Shown: positions 48,320-57,720 of the stretch, piece after piece
Position numbering within the stretch: position 1 is the first letter of the stretch
How the letters are laid out: each line of letters begins with the position of its first letter
IMG/VR virus record: IMGVR_UViG_3300045988_118548
Location: 73,984-137,983 of that record
Direction: 5' to 3' (one strand)
Source of the DNA: a virus
Length of the DNA: 64,000 bases
Notes under the pieces: model-generated
Told to the model about the DNA's origin: nothing
Seen by the model: only the letters and a program-made list of their open reading frames with translations
The model's database searches: none
Program-made: the position numbers and the translations under genes

Positions 48320-49156
48320 TTAAAAATCAATTACCGTCCGAACCATGTCTCCGATGTGCTTGTTGCCGGTGCCCGTGAGGCCACTGGAGAAGACCACGTA
48401 CCACGCGACGGCCTGGCTGCTCTCAGTACTGGACCAATACCACGTCGAGGAGAGGGGAGATGCCGAAACATAAGTGAATGCTTTGTTTAGTTCGTCCATA
48501 TAATGGGCCATTAAATTTAATTGACCAAGAGATGGTATATACTCGCCATCTTCCAGCAGATTTCTCAATTTTGGATTTCTGGCTACAAGGCGTTCCGTAT
48601 TGCCGCGTCCGTCAAAGTCAAACAGCGCATCACATTCACGTTCGTAATATGTCCCACTTCCGGATTCTTCACGGCTATCATCGTCAAGCAATTGTACGAT
48701 ATCATGCTCCGTCAGTGAGATTGCAAATGACATGTATCTGTGCTTCAACCCAATGTATCGTACACAATCTTTGGAGTTATCGCCGGTAAACGGCTCAGCG
48801 TGTCCATTTCCGTAGATTAGATACAAACCATCTTTTCTTGATGGTACTCTATTTTCACATACGCATCTTTCATTTTTGGGACTTACAATTATGTTCAACC
48901 CATTCAACACATGATCTTTTATAACCTCCTTACATATTCTTCTTACAAAATCATAATCTCTTTGTTTAAGCTCATCTGCTACCATACATCTGATCCAATG
49001 TTCTATCTGATTGTTTCCTCCGTATGTATTAAGCATACACTGTTTTACGAGTTTTTCCAATAATGGCTCTATGTTTTTGATTATATCTTCTTTGGTAAGG
49101 TGAAGTTCATTTAATATATAGTTCCTTACTGCCTTGTATTCTTTACTTGTGCTCAT
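48320..49156 (-). CDS. hypothetical protein
   Basis: 278 aa. Contains a KDG tripeptide (SRKDGLYL) reminiscent of nucleotidyltransferase motif I, but other ligase motifs are not convincing. Confidence 0.55.
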   Translation of the reverse strand: MSTSKEYKAVRNYILNELHLTKEDIIKNIEPLLEKLVKQCMLNTYGGNNQIEHWIRCMVADELKQRDYDFVRRICKEVIKDHVLNGLNIIVSPKNERCVCENRVPSRKDGLYLIYGNGHAEPFTGDNSKDCVRYIGLKHRYMSFAISLTEHDIVQLLDDDSREESGSGTYYERECDALFDFDGRGNTERLVARNPKLRNLLEDGEYIPSLGQLNLMAHYMDELNKAFTYVSASPLSSTWYWSSTESSQAVAWYVVFSSGLTGTGNKHIGDMVRTVIDF

Positions 49157-49312
49157 AATATATCTACTTAATACTGTGAATTATATTTTTTTTCTCTCTC
49201 CCACTATCTTCCCCTATAGGATTATTCCATCCGTATTTTACAGCCGTAGCTCTAAATAGAGGAAGTCTATAAAATCTATAATCATTCTCAAGATGAGCAT
49301 ATACTGTTGATT

Positions 49313-49975
49313 TCATTTCAGTTCTTTAATTAAAGCATCCGCATATGTTACAGCTAATTCAGCCGCCTTATCACACGCTTCCAATATTAATTCACCGTGA
49401 GGTCCACGTCCTGATACGGATGTGATCGGAAGCATGGTTTTTGCCATCTCGTATCTACGTTGTTCCCAATCTACATGGGTGTTACACGGTTCTTGATTGA
49501 CCTGTATATATCTTCCTTCAATATTAGAAGATCTTAATATTTCCGCATTCTCTTCGCCGAATGCAACCAGAATAGACCCACATCCTGGACTTTCACCTAT
49601 TGTTCCATCTTCTCTGTGGAATTTTATCCTTCCTTTCATGAACAATATACCTTTTGCTTTCGGGAATACAACATCCTGAAACATCTTATTGTCAAGACGA
49701 TTAAAAAGAAGAGCTATTCCGTTATTGTGCTCTACCATACGAGTAATAAAATGCTCTATAGTCGGTCTTGAATAAGGTGGGTTTAACCATACCCTTCCTT
49801 CCCATTTTTGTTTTAATCCATCTTGCTCTTTGTTATACATAACCCTGGCTGTCCTCCATAACGGACGCATAGGCGCACATGGATCTAAATCAAATTCCCC
49901 TAAAGCGTCTATAATTTCTTTAGGTGTGTACCATTCATCTGTACTGTTTTTAGATTTCTCAAATGATGTATTCAT
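49313..49975 (-). CDS. dam: phage Dam-family DNA N6-adenine methyltransferase
   Basis: N-terminal WYTP and DPC motifs plus the catalytic NPPY (WLNPPYS), the signature of the phage N-6-adenine methyltransferase family. Confidence 0.75.
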   Translation of the reverse strand: MNTSFEKSKNSTDEWYTPKEIIDALGEFDLDPCAPMRPLWRTARVMYNKEQDGLKQKWEGRVWLNPPYSRPTIEHFITRMVEHNNGIALLFNRLDNKMFQDVVFPKAKGILFMKGRIKFHREDGTIGESPGCGSILVAFGEENAEILRSSNIEGRYIQVNQEPCNTHVDWEQRRYEMAKTMLPITSVSGRGPHGELILEACDKAAELAVTYADALIKELK

Positions 49976-49993
49976 ATATCTATGTTTTATAAG

Positions 49994-50656
49994 TTAATCC
50001 CATCCTCCAGTAGTGTACAAAGATACATCTTCCTCCTCTACGTTTACACCTTTAAGAGCCTGTAGAAGTTTTTTCTTTGTCTCCCTACACATATTGTAAC
50101 CATATCCTTTATACCGATATGAGCGCTCCCATGTACTTACTGGAAAAGGGATATTCTCGTCAATAACCAGCCTCTTCATATGAAGATGTTCGAAGAATTT
50201 CTCATGGTATAGAAGTTTATACTCGTATCCTACTATACTTGCAGATGAGAATGGAAAATAATCATCTTCTTTTTCTTCGTATTTGGGCTCCTTGTAGTAA
50301 GCCATTTTTGCCACAGTAAAATCGAAGCTCCTAAGAATCTCTTCCGGCTTTCCAAACTCTGACTCTATGAACTCTATCCATACCTTTTCTCCCTCTTTCT
50401 GGAACGCACATACCTTCTCATTTCTGTACTTAAATTTCCATCCTTCTTTCTGATGTTTTTCATCATTGAACGAATCAATAGCTTCCTGAAAATCGCTTTC
50501 ACTTTCAAAGAAAATATCAATATCTTTTACTCTTTCTCCGGAAAGGATATTTTTAAAACATCCACCAGCTATGAATCCTTTGTGGCCTTCCATATACTTG
50601 TCAAGCCATCTTATTTGCCAGAAATTATCTGGAGTATCTATTACAAAATTATTCAT
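49994..50656 (-). CDS. minimal Pol-beta-superfamily nucleotidyltransferase (CCA-adding/poly(A)-polymerase head-domain-like)
   Basis: GFIAGGCFKNILSGERVKDIDIFF matches the hGG...x10...DhDh nucleotidyltransferase signature and resembles the GGAVRD...KDxDxxT head motif of class II CCA enzymes. Only 220 aa. Confidence 0.4.
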   Translation of the reverse strand: MNNFVIDTPDNFWQIRWLDKYMEGHKGFIAGGCFKNILSGERVKDIDIFFESESDFQEAIDSFNDEKHQKEGWKFKYRNEKVCAFQKEGEKVWIEFIESEFGKPEEILRSFDFTVAKMAYYKEPKYEEKEDDYFPFSSASIVGYEYKLLYHEKFFEHLHMKRLVIDENIPFPVSTWERSYRYKGYGYNMCRETKKKLLQALKGVNVEEEDVSLYTTGGWD

Positions 50657-50674
50657 ATTGTTTATGTTTTGCCG

Positions 50675-50929
50675 TTACCAAGCGAGATAAAAATTCCGCT
50701 TCACAATAATACAATGAGTGTAATTACTCAGGTCGATTCCGTTGTCCGTAAATGCATCCAGGACCCGTTTTTCCACGTATTTGAGTTTTACTGTTATCCC
50801 CTTCTTAAACACTTCTATTAACTTCTCATTGCACTCAATAGGTCCAATAAGACAGTATCTATTCGAAGGACTGTCTGATATACAATATGTCTGACATCCT
50901 AACATGTTGCTTAAAATTACTTCGTTCAT
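50675..50929 (-). CDS. hypothetical protein
   Basis: 84-aa ORF. Confidence 0.45.
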   Translation of the reverse strand: MNEVILSNMLGCQTYCISDSPSNRYCLIGPIECNEKLIEVFKKGITVKLKYVEKRVLDAFTDNGIDLSNYTHCIIVKRNFYLAW

Positions 50930-50936
50930 AATTTCT

Positions 50937-51413
50937 CTATGATTCTAATATGGTGTCTACAAACTCCGTTATTTTATCAACGGATTCTTTTGATAAGGTA
51001 TATCTTCTCCAATCCCATCTAAAATGCGCTTTTGGGAGATTTTTAGTAGAATATTTTTCATTTCCGTCCTTGTTAGTCCATTCGTAATTATCCTCTGGAT
51101 CCGCCACTTTTATCCCCGATTTAGGTCCGTTACGAAAGCTATATAGCATTCTTATAACCGATTCAAAATCCGAACCTATATCAAATAGCATATGATACAC
51201 CTTGTTTATTAAAGCCCTATCAGCTTGTTCCAAGTCTTCACCAAACAACTCTCTTACACTCCAATTTTTCATTTCTGAATAACGAATGAAATTAAGTTTC
51301 CCTTTTTCTATATTAGGATTTTTTCTTGATAATACAAGCTCCAAATCTTTCACAAATGATTCTTTTAGCTTCTGTTGTCCTAACAAGGCGGTGTATTTAC
51401 TTACTATATCCAT
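50937..51413 (-). CDS. hypothetical protein
   Basis: 158-aa ORF. Confidence 0.55.
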   Translation of the reverse strand: MDIVSKYTALLGQQKLKESFVKDLELVLSRKNPNIEKGKLNFIRYSEMKNWSVRELFGEDLEQADRALINKVYHMLFDIGSDFESVIRMLYSFRNGPKSGIKVADPEDNYEWTNKDGNEKYSTKNLPKAHFRWDWRRYTLSKESVDKITEFVDTILES

Positions 51414-51868
51414 TATCCAAAGTTTTTTAATATTACTCCAAACGAATCATATTTAACCCCTAATATATCATGTGCCTTTTGGGATCCACATTCACATTTT
51501 CCTACCTTCTGTCCTGATCCACACCCGCATAAGCCTATTCCCCAATGGTTGACACAGTGGTCGCAGCAGTAGGACTGGTGAAGCCATGTGGCATCACCAG
51601 TATCCAAATCCAATTTTTCAAATTCTCGCCACAACCGGTCATACAATGCAGCCAGTTCACGATTGCTTTCATAATGCTGCCAGATTTTATGATTCAATAC
51701 GAGCGTTAATTCCGTGAAGAACTTATAATCGTCTTTCCATTCGCTAAACGCACGTCTGTAGGTATCTTTGACACCTACTATACCATACTTGTCGGCTATA
51801 CTAAAATCTTCCCAAAAGGTAGTCAGTAGGTTATAGCCCACTTCTTTCATAAATTCTTTGAATGTCAT
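51413..51868 (-). CDS. hypothetical Cys/His-rich protein
   Basis: C-terminal CCDHCVNHWGIGLCGCGSGQKVGKCEC metal-binding-like cluster. A palindromic-motif copy sits 14 nt upstream of the start. Confidence 0.55.
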   Translation of the reverse strand: MTFKEFMKEVGYNLLTTFWEDFSIADKYGIVGVKDTYRRAFSEWKDDYKFFTELTLVLNHKIWQHYESNRELAALYDRLWREFEKLDLDTGDATWLHQSYCCDHCVNHWGIGLCGCGSGQKVGKCECGSQKAHDILGVKYDSFGVILKNFG

Positions 51869-51881
51869 AAACTATTATTTT

Positions 51882-51896
51882 AGGTATATAATTATC
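51882..51896. repeat. palindromic motif copy (AGGTATATAATTATC, one mismatch)
   Basis: Fourth copy, immediately upstream of gene 51413..51868. Confidence 0.5.
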
Positions 51897-52113
51897 TTAT
51901 CTTATCAATGACCTCTCTCTTGAACTCGTAATATTCATATATGCGACCTTTATAATCAGCCACCATTTCTTAAAATTACTTCTGCTTCTTCTGCGCTGTT
52001 AAGTTTTAATTCGTTTCCCATTTTATGTATTGTTTTCGCCGTTCACTATCTGATTAATGTATGGCCCTGGCCACGAACAGCCAGGCTGGCCTCATGGCAG
52101 GACGGGCGCCGCC

Positions 52114-52311
52114 TTACTCTGGCTGTTCTACCCACTCCCTGTATCCTACATTAAAACCAATAGGATCATACCTTTTGATCATAGTGCCATAATTCTCTCT
52201 ACCGCAATACCTGTTCTTTCCTCCAATGATCCATGCCTCATCGTCTCTATCTGGAGATATTGAGTTAAGAAACTTCTCATAATCTTTTCTACTCTTTTTA
52301 TTTATATCCAT
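52114..52311 (-). CDS. hypothetical small protein
   Basis: 65-aa ORF. Partly overlaps a locally GC-rich segment. Confidence 0.35.
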   Translation of the reverse strand: MDINKKSRKDYEKFLNSISPDRDDEAWIIGGKNRYCGRENYGTMIKRYDPIGFNVGYREWVEQPE

Positions 52312-52823
52312 ATTCCACTATATTCCACTATATTTATGTTATCGAATTTTTCTTTTATAATATCCAAGACTCCGTACTCGTTTGTTATCATAGCATGCAT
52401 CCCTGGCTTCATTCTCCACAGATTAAAATACCTTGTCACATTCATAGTGGCATTAAATAATGATACTTCATATCTTGTGTTTCCATTTTTATCACGCCCT
52501 ATGTTTTTAATATAACATATGTCTGGCTTGTATTTGAAATAATTAAAAAGCCTATGCCATCCCTTCCCGTTACATGTTTCACAATTCCATATTCCAGCAA
52601 GCTTCCTATATCCCCTTACCGGTATTTTCTCTATTTCTTTTGGTACGATCTTGACATACTCTCCTTCTCCGATTGGTATGGTCATATTACCTGCCTCTTC
52701 AGTGCAAAAGTATTCTATTTCAGATGCCATTCCTTTATACACATAGAACCGGTATAAGTTCCCGTCAGGGTCTACCCGATCCATGTAATATAATATCACT
52801 TTGTCTACTTTTATCGTTTTCAT
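52302..52823 (-). CDS. hypothetical protein
   Basis: 173-aa ORF. Confidence 0.55.
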   Translation of the reverse strand: MKTIKVDKVILYYMDRVDPDGNLYRFYVYKGMASEIEYFCTEEAGNMTIPIGEGEYVKIVPKEIEKIPVRGYRKLAGIWNCETCNGKGWHRLFNYFKYKPDICYIKNIGRDKNGNTRYEVSLFNATMNVTRYFNLWRMKPGMHAMITNEYGVLDIIKEKFDNINIVEYSGIWI

Positions 52824-53071
52824 TCCTTTATTCTACTTATCTTTAAATTGTTATTCCCACAGTATTCCTTCAGCCAACTATCCGTTAGATAACGATTAAC
52901 TCTATCGTATTTCTTTTTCGGGCCCTTGCTCCAAAATTTCCATTCTTTTGTGATATTGTACCCATATTTATCAAACCAATGGATATAATACACTATGTTA
53001 CCGTATAAATCCACCCTTTTTCTTTCCTGTATGACTACCTCATAAGGTATCTTCTTGTCTCTTTTCTCCAT
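52820..53071 (-). CDS. hypothetical protein
   Basis: 83-aa ORF. Confidence 0.5.
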   Translation of the reverse strand: MEKRDKKIPYEVVIQERKRVDLYGNIVYYIHWFDKYGYNITKEWKFWSKGPKKKYDRVNRYLTDSWLKEYCGNNNLKISRIKE

Positions 53072-53149
53072 CTTTGTCCTCCTTTCTTGAATAAAAAAAA
53101 CGGCACCTATCTTCGCAGACCAGTGCCGGTAACTAACTTACATGGAAAA

Positions 53150-53554
53150 CTACTTAACCTCAACTAATTCTACAGAGTTGTAGAATTTAGTGAAGCTACC
53201 AACAAATTCTCTTATATTTTTATATTCTTCTGGTCGTTTTCTGTTACCATCTTTTATATAATTTACCCACAGTCTATCCTCTATGTTCTTAATCGCATTT
53301 TCTATAGTAAATTCGTCGCTGACACACATTAAACACGAAGATCCGGTTTTCTTATGTGGTTTATATATCCTTGAAAAAGACCACATCTTTATCCTGTCGT
53401 ATATATATCCGTTGTTGGGATAAACGAATCCTATCCGGCTGTCACCTTCTTTGGCGTAAAACACACCTGGTTCCTTTCCGCCTTTCTTATACACAATAAA
53501 TCCTTTTTCTTTTAAGATCTTAGCTATCTTATTTATCTTGTTCTCTACGTTCAT
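53150..53554 (-). CDS. hypothetical protein
   Basis: 134-aa ORF. Confidence 0.55.
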   Translation of the reverse strand: MNVENKINKIAKILKEKGFIVYKKGGKEPGVFYAKEGDSRIGFVYPNNGYIYDRIKMWSFSRIYKPHKKTGSSCLMCVSDEFTIENAIKNIEDRLWVNYIKDGNRKRPEEYKNIREFVGSFTKFYNSVELVEVK

Positions 53555-54011
53555 TGTAATGCAAGTATTTAAAAACGACCCTCATTATAGTTGCGAAGTT
53601 CTCTACCTTAACCCACTCGTGGGCTACCGCTCTAAGTACGGATGTCTCGTATGTTGGAATATCGTCTTCTTCAACCACCTTGCAAGAAGCCAGAACTCCT
53701 TCAGTCGGCTTTAGTCCGCGGTCATGCAGCTCGCAGAGACCGTCCGGCTGGCGGAATGCGCACCACCCGTCTTTTTCTGTTGGCTGGATCATCGCTATTG
53801 GTTTTTCTTTCACTGCAAGATACCCCACCATCCACATTGTCTCTTTTAGCCTGTCAGCATATCCTGCATCTATGATAGCTTCTATGTCTTTTGGCGTACC
53901 AATACAAGGAACCTTACACATATTCTTGCATTTATCACATGTACAAGGTTGCTCCCATCTGTTATGATCTATGCCAACCAACTTCTTTATCCGTTCTACT
54001 TCCTCTTTCAT
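53529..54011 (-). CDS. hypothetical Cys-rich protein
   Basis: CTCDKCKNMCKVPC cluster. Confidence 0.55.
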   Translation of the reverse strand: MKEEVERIKKLVGIDHNRWEQPCTCDKCKNMCKVPCIGTPKDIEAIIDAGYADRLKETMWMVGYLAVKEKPIAMIQPTEKDGWCAFRQPDGLCELHDRGLKPTEGVLASCKVVEEDDIPTYETSVLRAVAHEWVKVENFATIMRVVFKYLHYNERREQDK

Positions 54012-54292
54012 ACTTCTTTTGTTAGTTCATCATAATAAGCTTTCAGTTCCGGTGAAGCGTATTCCATAAATGCTTCAAACAAGTAGGGTACCTCTATTAT
54101 CATATTCACATTACAACCTTCTGCCTGTGAAAGCAATTCAGGATCATTACTGTACAGACACGCAACATGAGCACCTATATTAAATACATGCAAATCTATC
54201 CTTACGTATTCTATACATGAAGACAATGCATTAAACAAATTCTTTACTTCATTCTTGTCAAAAAGTTCTACAAATTCTCTCAACCCCATCAT
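54008..54292 (-). CDS. hypothetical protein
   Basis: 94-aa ORF. Confidence 0.5.
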   Translation of the reverse strand: MMGLREFVELFDKNEVKNLFNALSSCIEYVRIDLHVFNIGAHVACLYSNDPELLSQAEGCNVNMIIEVPYLFEAFMEYASPELKAYYDELTKEV

Positions 54293-54672
54293 TTTACTAC
54301 CCTTTCTATGTGTTTAATTAATACTACCGCCATTCCATTGCCGGTTTTTATCGCACATTCCGATCCTTTTATCCATTCTACACACCCTACATACTTTTCC
54401 GTAGCATGAAATCCGGGATTGTATTTTCCAGATGTACTGAACTCTACCGTATCCCCTACCTTCAAATCATCAAAAGCAATAGACCATGTGGTCCAAATTC
54501 TATCATGTCTCCCAGGCTGAATGGCTCCAATTACGCCCTTCTTACGACCGTTTTTTATCGCCCTTAGTATTATCTTTCTATCATCTTCGATAAGGCTGCA
54601 AAAGCGCCCGTAAAAGGTCAAATCAACCTGTTTTCCTCCTATTTCTTCTCTTATTTTTGTTATTCTGTTCAT
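54289..54672 (-). CDS. hypothetical protein
   Basis: 127-aa ORF. Confidence 0.5.
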   Translation of the reverse strand: MNRITKIREEIGGKQVDLTFYGRFCSLIEDDRKIILRAIKNGRKKGVIGAIQPGRHDRIWTTWSIAFDDLKVGDTVEFSTSGKYNPGFHATEKYVGCVEWIKGSECAIKTGNGMAVVLIKHIERVVK

Positions 54673-54916
54673 TTTCTGATTTTGTTTTATTTTTTTCTTT
54701 GTTTTTTCTATCTTCTATGGAAGATGATAATAACATTATCTTTTCTATGTTACTTTTTGACTGTAAAAAAGAATTGCATTTCATTACTACTACCACCTTC
54801 TTAAGTTCCCCATTATCGTATAGCGATACACGCATCATGTTTTGCGCCTCGTCCACTATCAGACCTGGGGTAGTCTTAGCCATTTTGCGTAGCTTATTAT
54901 ACTCCGGTCTTTCCAT
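54623..54916 (-). CDS. hypothetical protein with basic tail
   Basis: 97-aa ORF. Lys/Asn-rich C-terminus. Confidence 0.45.
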   Translation of the reverse strand: MERPEYNKLRKMAKTTPGLIVDEAQNMMRVSLYDNGELKKVVVVMKCNSFLQSKSNIEKIMLLSSSIEDRKNKEKNKTKSENEQNNKNKRRNRRKTG

Positions 54917-55181
54917 TTCCTCTGTTTATTACTCTATAGTATTTATCCTTATCCCCTTCTTCCAACTTCTCCAGATAGAAAATTCCATCATGCAAATGAG
55001 ACAAACAAAACCTGTATCCGTATTTCTGCGTTCTTCTTACATGATCCCGCAGTCTTATCTCTTCACTTTTGTCTTGTACTTTGATTTTAATACTGTCTCC
55101 TTCTTTGATTGTGTATAAAATAGTTTGAATCTCTTCTTTTTTCATCTTATAAAATATTTTAACGGCAGCACCTATACTCAC
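54897..55181 (-). CDS. hypothetical protein
   Basis: 94-aa ORF. Confidence 0.5.
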   Translation of the reverse strand: MSIGAAVKIFYKMKKEEIQTILYTIKEGDSIKIKVQDKSEEIRLRDHVRRTQKYGYRFCLSHLHDGIFYLEKLEEGDKDKYYRVINRGNGKTGV

Positions 55182-55208
55182 GCACCACTACAGCCTTATG
55201 TTTAACAA

Positions 55209-56018
55209 TTAAATACTTAACTCTTCAATGGTCAAGCCTTTTTCTTTTGCCCACTTTAGCATCGCGCATAATTCTGTTTCTGACTTATATTTCGGATCAC
55301 GCCACGCCCATCCGAATTTATCCAGGACATGATGATATAATTCGTCGGCCTTTGCCGTGTAAATGTCTTTGAATAAATGCTCCGAACCTTCTGGTATAAG
55401 CATCTCTGTTGTTGCAAAATCGGAATACGACAAACATCCGTAAGCATATTCTGTTATTTCACTCCACGCTTCTCCGGCTTTAAATCCAAATTCTTTTACA
55501 AAAGCCAAAGTTAGATACATATTTAATAATATTGTTACATCATATCCAGAATCCGACTTTCTTTCTATTATTTTCTTTTCAAATTCCTTTAAATCTTCAG
55601 GCCCTAAAAAGATGTATCCTGATACCGACCGATAATTAGCCTCCGCATACTTCTTGCATTTATCATCATTAATAATCTTACCAATGTTAGATAACATCTT
55701 TTGCCTCCATTCATCACAAAACTCTATCCTTACATCCATCCAATCAGTACCATAATTGCGATCTTTTGGATGTCCGACCGATATTACCTTTATGTTATTC
55801 ACACCATATTCATAAAGGCGTTCGCCCACCTTATCCGCCCATTCCTGTACAAAAGGAATAAACTTATTGCAATAAGAATCAAAATCAAAATCTAATTCCT
55901 CCTCATATTCCGGCATCTCTTCATAATCTTGTTCAAAGAAATATCGAGGATCTGCTATTGTTTCATAGAAACTTACGTTAATAAAACAAAACTCGTTGGT
56001 TGTCGTTTTTAATATCAT
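55209..56018 (-). CDS. hypothetical protein
   Basis: 269-aa ORF. Confidence 0.6.
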   Translation of the reverse strand: MILKTTTNEFCFINVSFYETIADPRYFFEQDYEEMPEYEEELDFDFDSYCNKFIPFVQEWADKVGERLYEYGVNNIKVISVGHPKDRNYGTDWMDVRIEFCDEWRQKMLSNIGKIINDDKCKKYAEANYRSVSGYIFLGPEDLKEFEKKIIERKSDSGYDVTILLNMYLTLAFVKEFGFKAGEAWSEITEYAYGCLSYSDFATTEMLIPEGSEHLFKDIYTAKADELYHHVLDKFGWAWRDPKYKSETELCAMLKWAKEKGLTIEELSI

Positions 56019-56269
56019 AACTTTTTGTATTTACGTACATTTTTCTTGCCATAGAATCTACACATGGCACGAATCTGACTATAAAATACTTTTGTCCTCC
56101 TGGCCTCAAAGTATTTAAACATTTCTTCATTCTTTGTTTCCCAAACGTAATCCGTTTGGGAACTCATGTGATTTTTGTCCTTGCGTGAATAATGGTAATA
56201 TGATACCACAACACGTTTCGCACCATTCTTTACAGGTACGATATTCACATCTATGTTATTATCTGTCAT
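56015..56269 (-). CDS. hypothetical protein
   Basis: 84-aa ORF. Confidence 0.5.
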   Translation of the reverse strand: MTDNNIDVNIVPVKNGAKRVVVSYYHYSRKDKNHMSSQTDYVWETKNEEMFKYFEARRTKVFYSQIRAMCRFYGKKNVRKYKKL

Positions 56270-56378
56270 ATTATTATTGTTTTATGTATTATACAAATAC
56301 AAAGAGCGCATACCTTCACAGGCCGGCGCTCCTTTCAATAAAAATGAAAAAACTAACATTAACATAAAAATACGTTTT

Positions 56379-56606
56379 CTACTTCTTATGTTTTAATCTC
56401 TTAATGGCATCCTTTCTTGAGTATGCCATTACTTTAGTACCATTAATATCAAATTCTTTTTCTGTTCTGACAATCTTTTCTCTTCTATATGTAGATTGCA
56501 TTCCTTTTCCCCTTTTAGTATTTAGCACAAAGGCATCATCTCCGCACATTGCAGCTAATATCATAGGGAGCAACAGACCTCTGTATTTCATATTTTTCCT
56601 CCGCAA
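56379..56606 (-). CDS. hypothetical small secreted protein
   Basis: TTG start. N-terminal hydrophobic signal-like segment LLLPMILAAMC. Confidence 0.4.
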   Translation of the reverse strand: MRRKNMKYRGLLLPMILAAMCGDDAFVLNTKRGKGMQSTYRREKIVRTEKEFDINGTKVMAYSRKDAIKRLKHKK

Positions 56607-56818
56607 TTATTATATCTACCATATTCGTTTCTTCCATCATTCCGTATTTCAAAAATCATCTTCTTATGATCTTTGCCTGGTAACTTATCCTTAACAGCCG
56701 ATATTACGCCCGCTATAGACGTGAATCCCGAATCTATTATTGAACACAGTAACACACCTCTGTCTGCGCCGGTGCTTATCGCTGACGCCTTTATAATATC
56801 ATTCTTGTATATTCTCAT
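56588..56818 (-). CDS. hypothetical protein
   Basis: 76-aa ORF directly downstream, in minus sense, of T-arm-like element 1. Confidence 0.5.
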   Translation of the reverse strand: MRIYKNDIIKASAISTGADRGVLLCSIIDSGFTSIAGVISAVKDKLPGKDHKKMIFEIRNDGRNEYGRYNNCGGKI

Positions 56819-56837
56819 AACTCTTTTGTTTTATTGT

Positions 56838-56880
56838 TTGTGAGATGCCCAGAATCGAACCAGAACCGACACATACATAC
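56838..56880 (-). other. tRNA T-arm-like conserved intergenic element, copy 1 (degenerate)
   Basis: Minus-sense ...GGTTCGATTCTGGGCATCTCACAAACAATAAAACA. Shares about 45 nt with copy 2, but its T-stem halves do not pair. Confidence 0.35.
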
Positions 56881-56993
56881 CGGCACGCCGCGTCATCCCC
56901 TCTATGATACAGAAATAGGCATGCCTATCCTCACGAACCGACATGCCAAAACCCAAAACTTAATTTGATGAATAAAATAGATTAACAAAAATA

Positions 56994-57320
56994 CTATTCT
57001 AATTCTTTTATAATATCTTTCACAATATTCAGCCTTACCTCCTTCGTTTCTGGACTAATACAACCAAACCACCCATAAAACGTTCTTGTTTCCTCTGGTT
57101 CTGTGGCCATACTTATCTTCTCCTCCAATTCCGGGAAATATATTCTCACCATTTCGTCTGAACGAAACCCATAGATATTTTTATGTTTTTTGAAATACAT
57201 AAACACTACATTTCTTAACGCAACACATATGTATTCCCCATCCTCTTGCCTATCAATCATCTCATATACCTTTTTCCATATGAATAATCGCTCTTCTTTT
57301 GTAAACATATCTCTCTTCAT
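56994..57320 (-). CDS. hypothetical protein
   Basis: 108-aa ORF. Confidence 0.5.
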   Translation of the reverse strand: MKRDMFTKEERLFIWKKVYEMIDRQEDGEYICVALRNVVFMYFKKHKNIYGFRSDEMVRIYFPELEEKISMATEPEETRTFYGWFGCISPETKEVRLNIVKDIIKELE

Positions 57321-57322
57321 TT

Positions 57323-57664
57323 TTATGGTATTATTAGATTGTACGCAGACTTTTCCATGTACACAATATTATGCTCCTGTCCAAACATTTTCTTTGCCGC
57401 CTCTTTCTTTATCGCACAATATCTTCCTGTACGATACGGATTCTTTTGATCTGATCCATCCTCGACTTCGATAATAAAACAACCTCCATCATCTATTATC
57501 TTTTTGCAATTGTCACATACTTCGCCCGTGCATATATGATGCGGCGCCTGCCCCTTGATGTTATTCCCTAATAAAGCAATCCCCATCTCTTCGCCACATA
57601 TCATGCAGACTTCTATAGACGGATTCAATCCGTGTTCTGGATGCAATTTAATGCCATCTTTCAT
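57323..57664 (-). CDS. hypothetical Cys-rich protein
   Basis: CMICGE...CTGEVCDNC clusters. AAAGGAGG ribosome-binding site upstream. Confidence 0.55.
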   Translation of the reverse strand: MKDGIKLHPEHGLNPSIEVCMICGEEMGIALLGNNIKGQAPHHICTGEVCDNCKKIIDDGGCFIIEVEDGSDQKNPYRTGRYCAIKKEAAKKMFGQEHNIVYMEKSAYNLIIP

Positions 57665-57690
57665 TTTCTTTCCTCCTTTGTTTTTAATGT

Positions 57691-57720
57691 TGTGTGAGAT
57701 CGCCGGAATCGAACCGACCT
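57691..57720 (-). other. tRNA T-arm-like conserved intergenic element, copy 2
   Basis: Minus-sense GTCGG-TTCGATT-CCGGC, a perfect T-arm with one G-T pair, followed by GATCTCACACAACATTAAAAACA. No canonical D arm, anticodon arm or acceptor pairing could be built. A perfect 8-bp hairpin lies at 57747-57777. Confidence 0.35.

Noticed and set aside
48320-49156. RNA ligase assignment for the 278-aa protein based on a KDG tripeptide.
   Set aside because: Only motif I-like KDG is present. Motifs III, IV and V could not be placed convincingly. Left as hypothetical.
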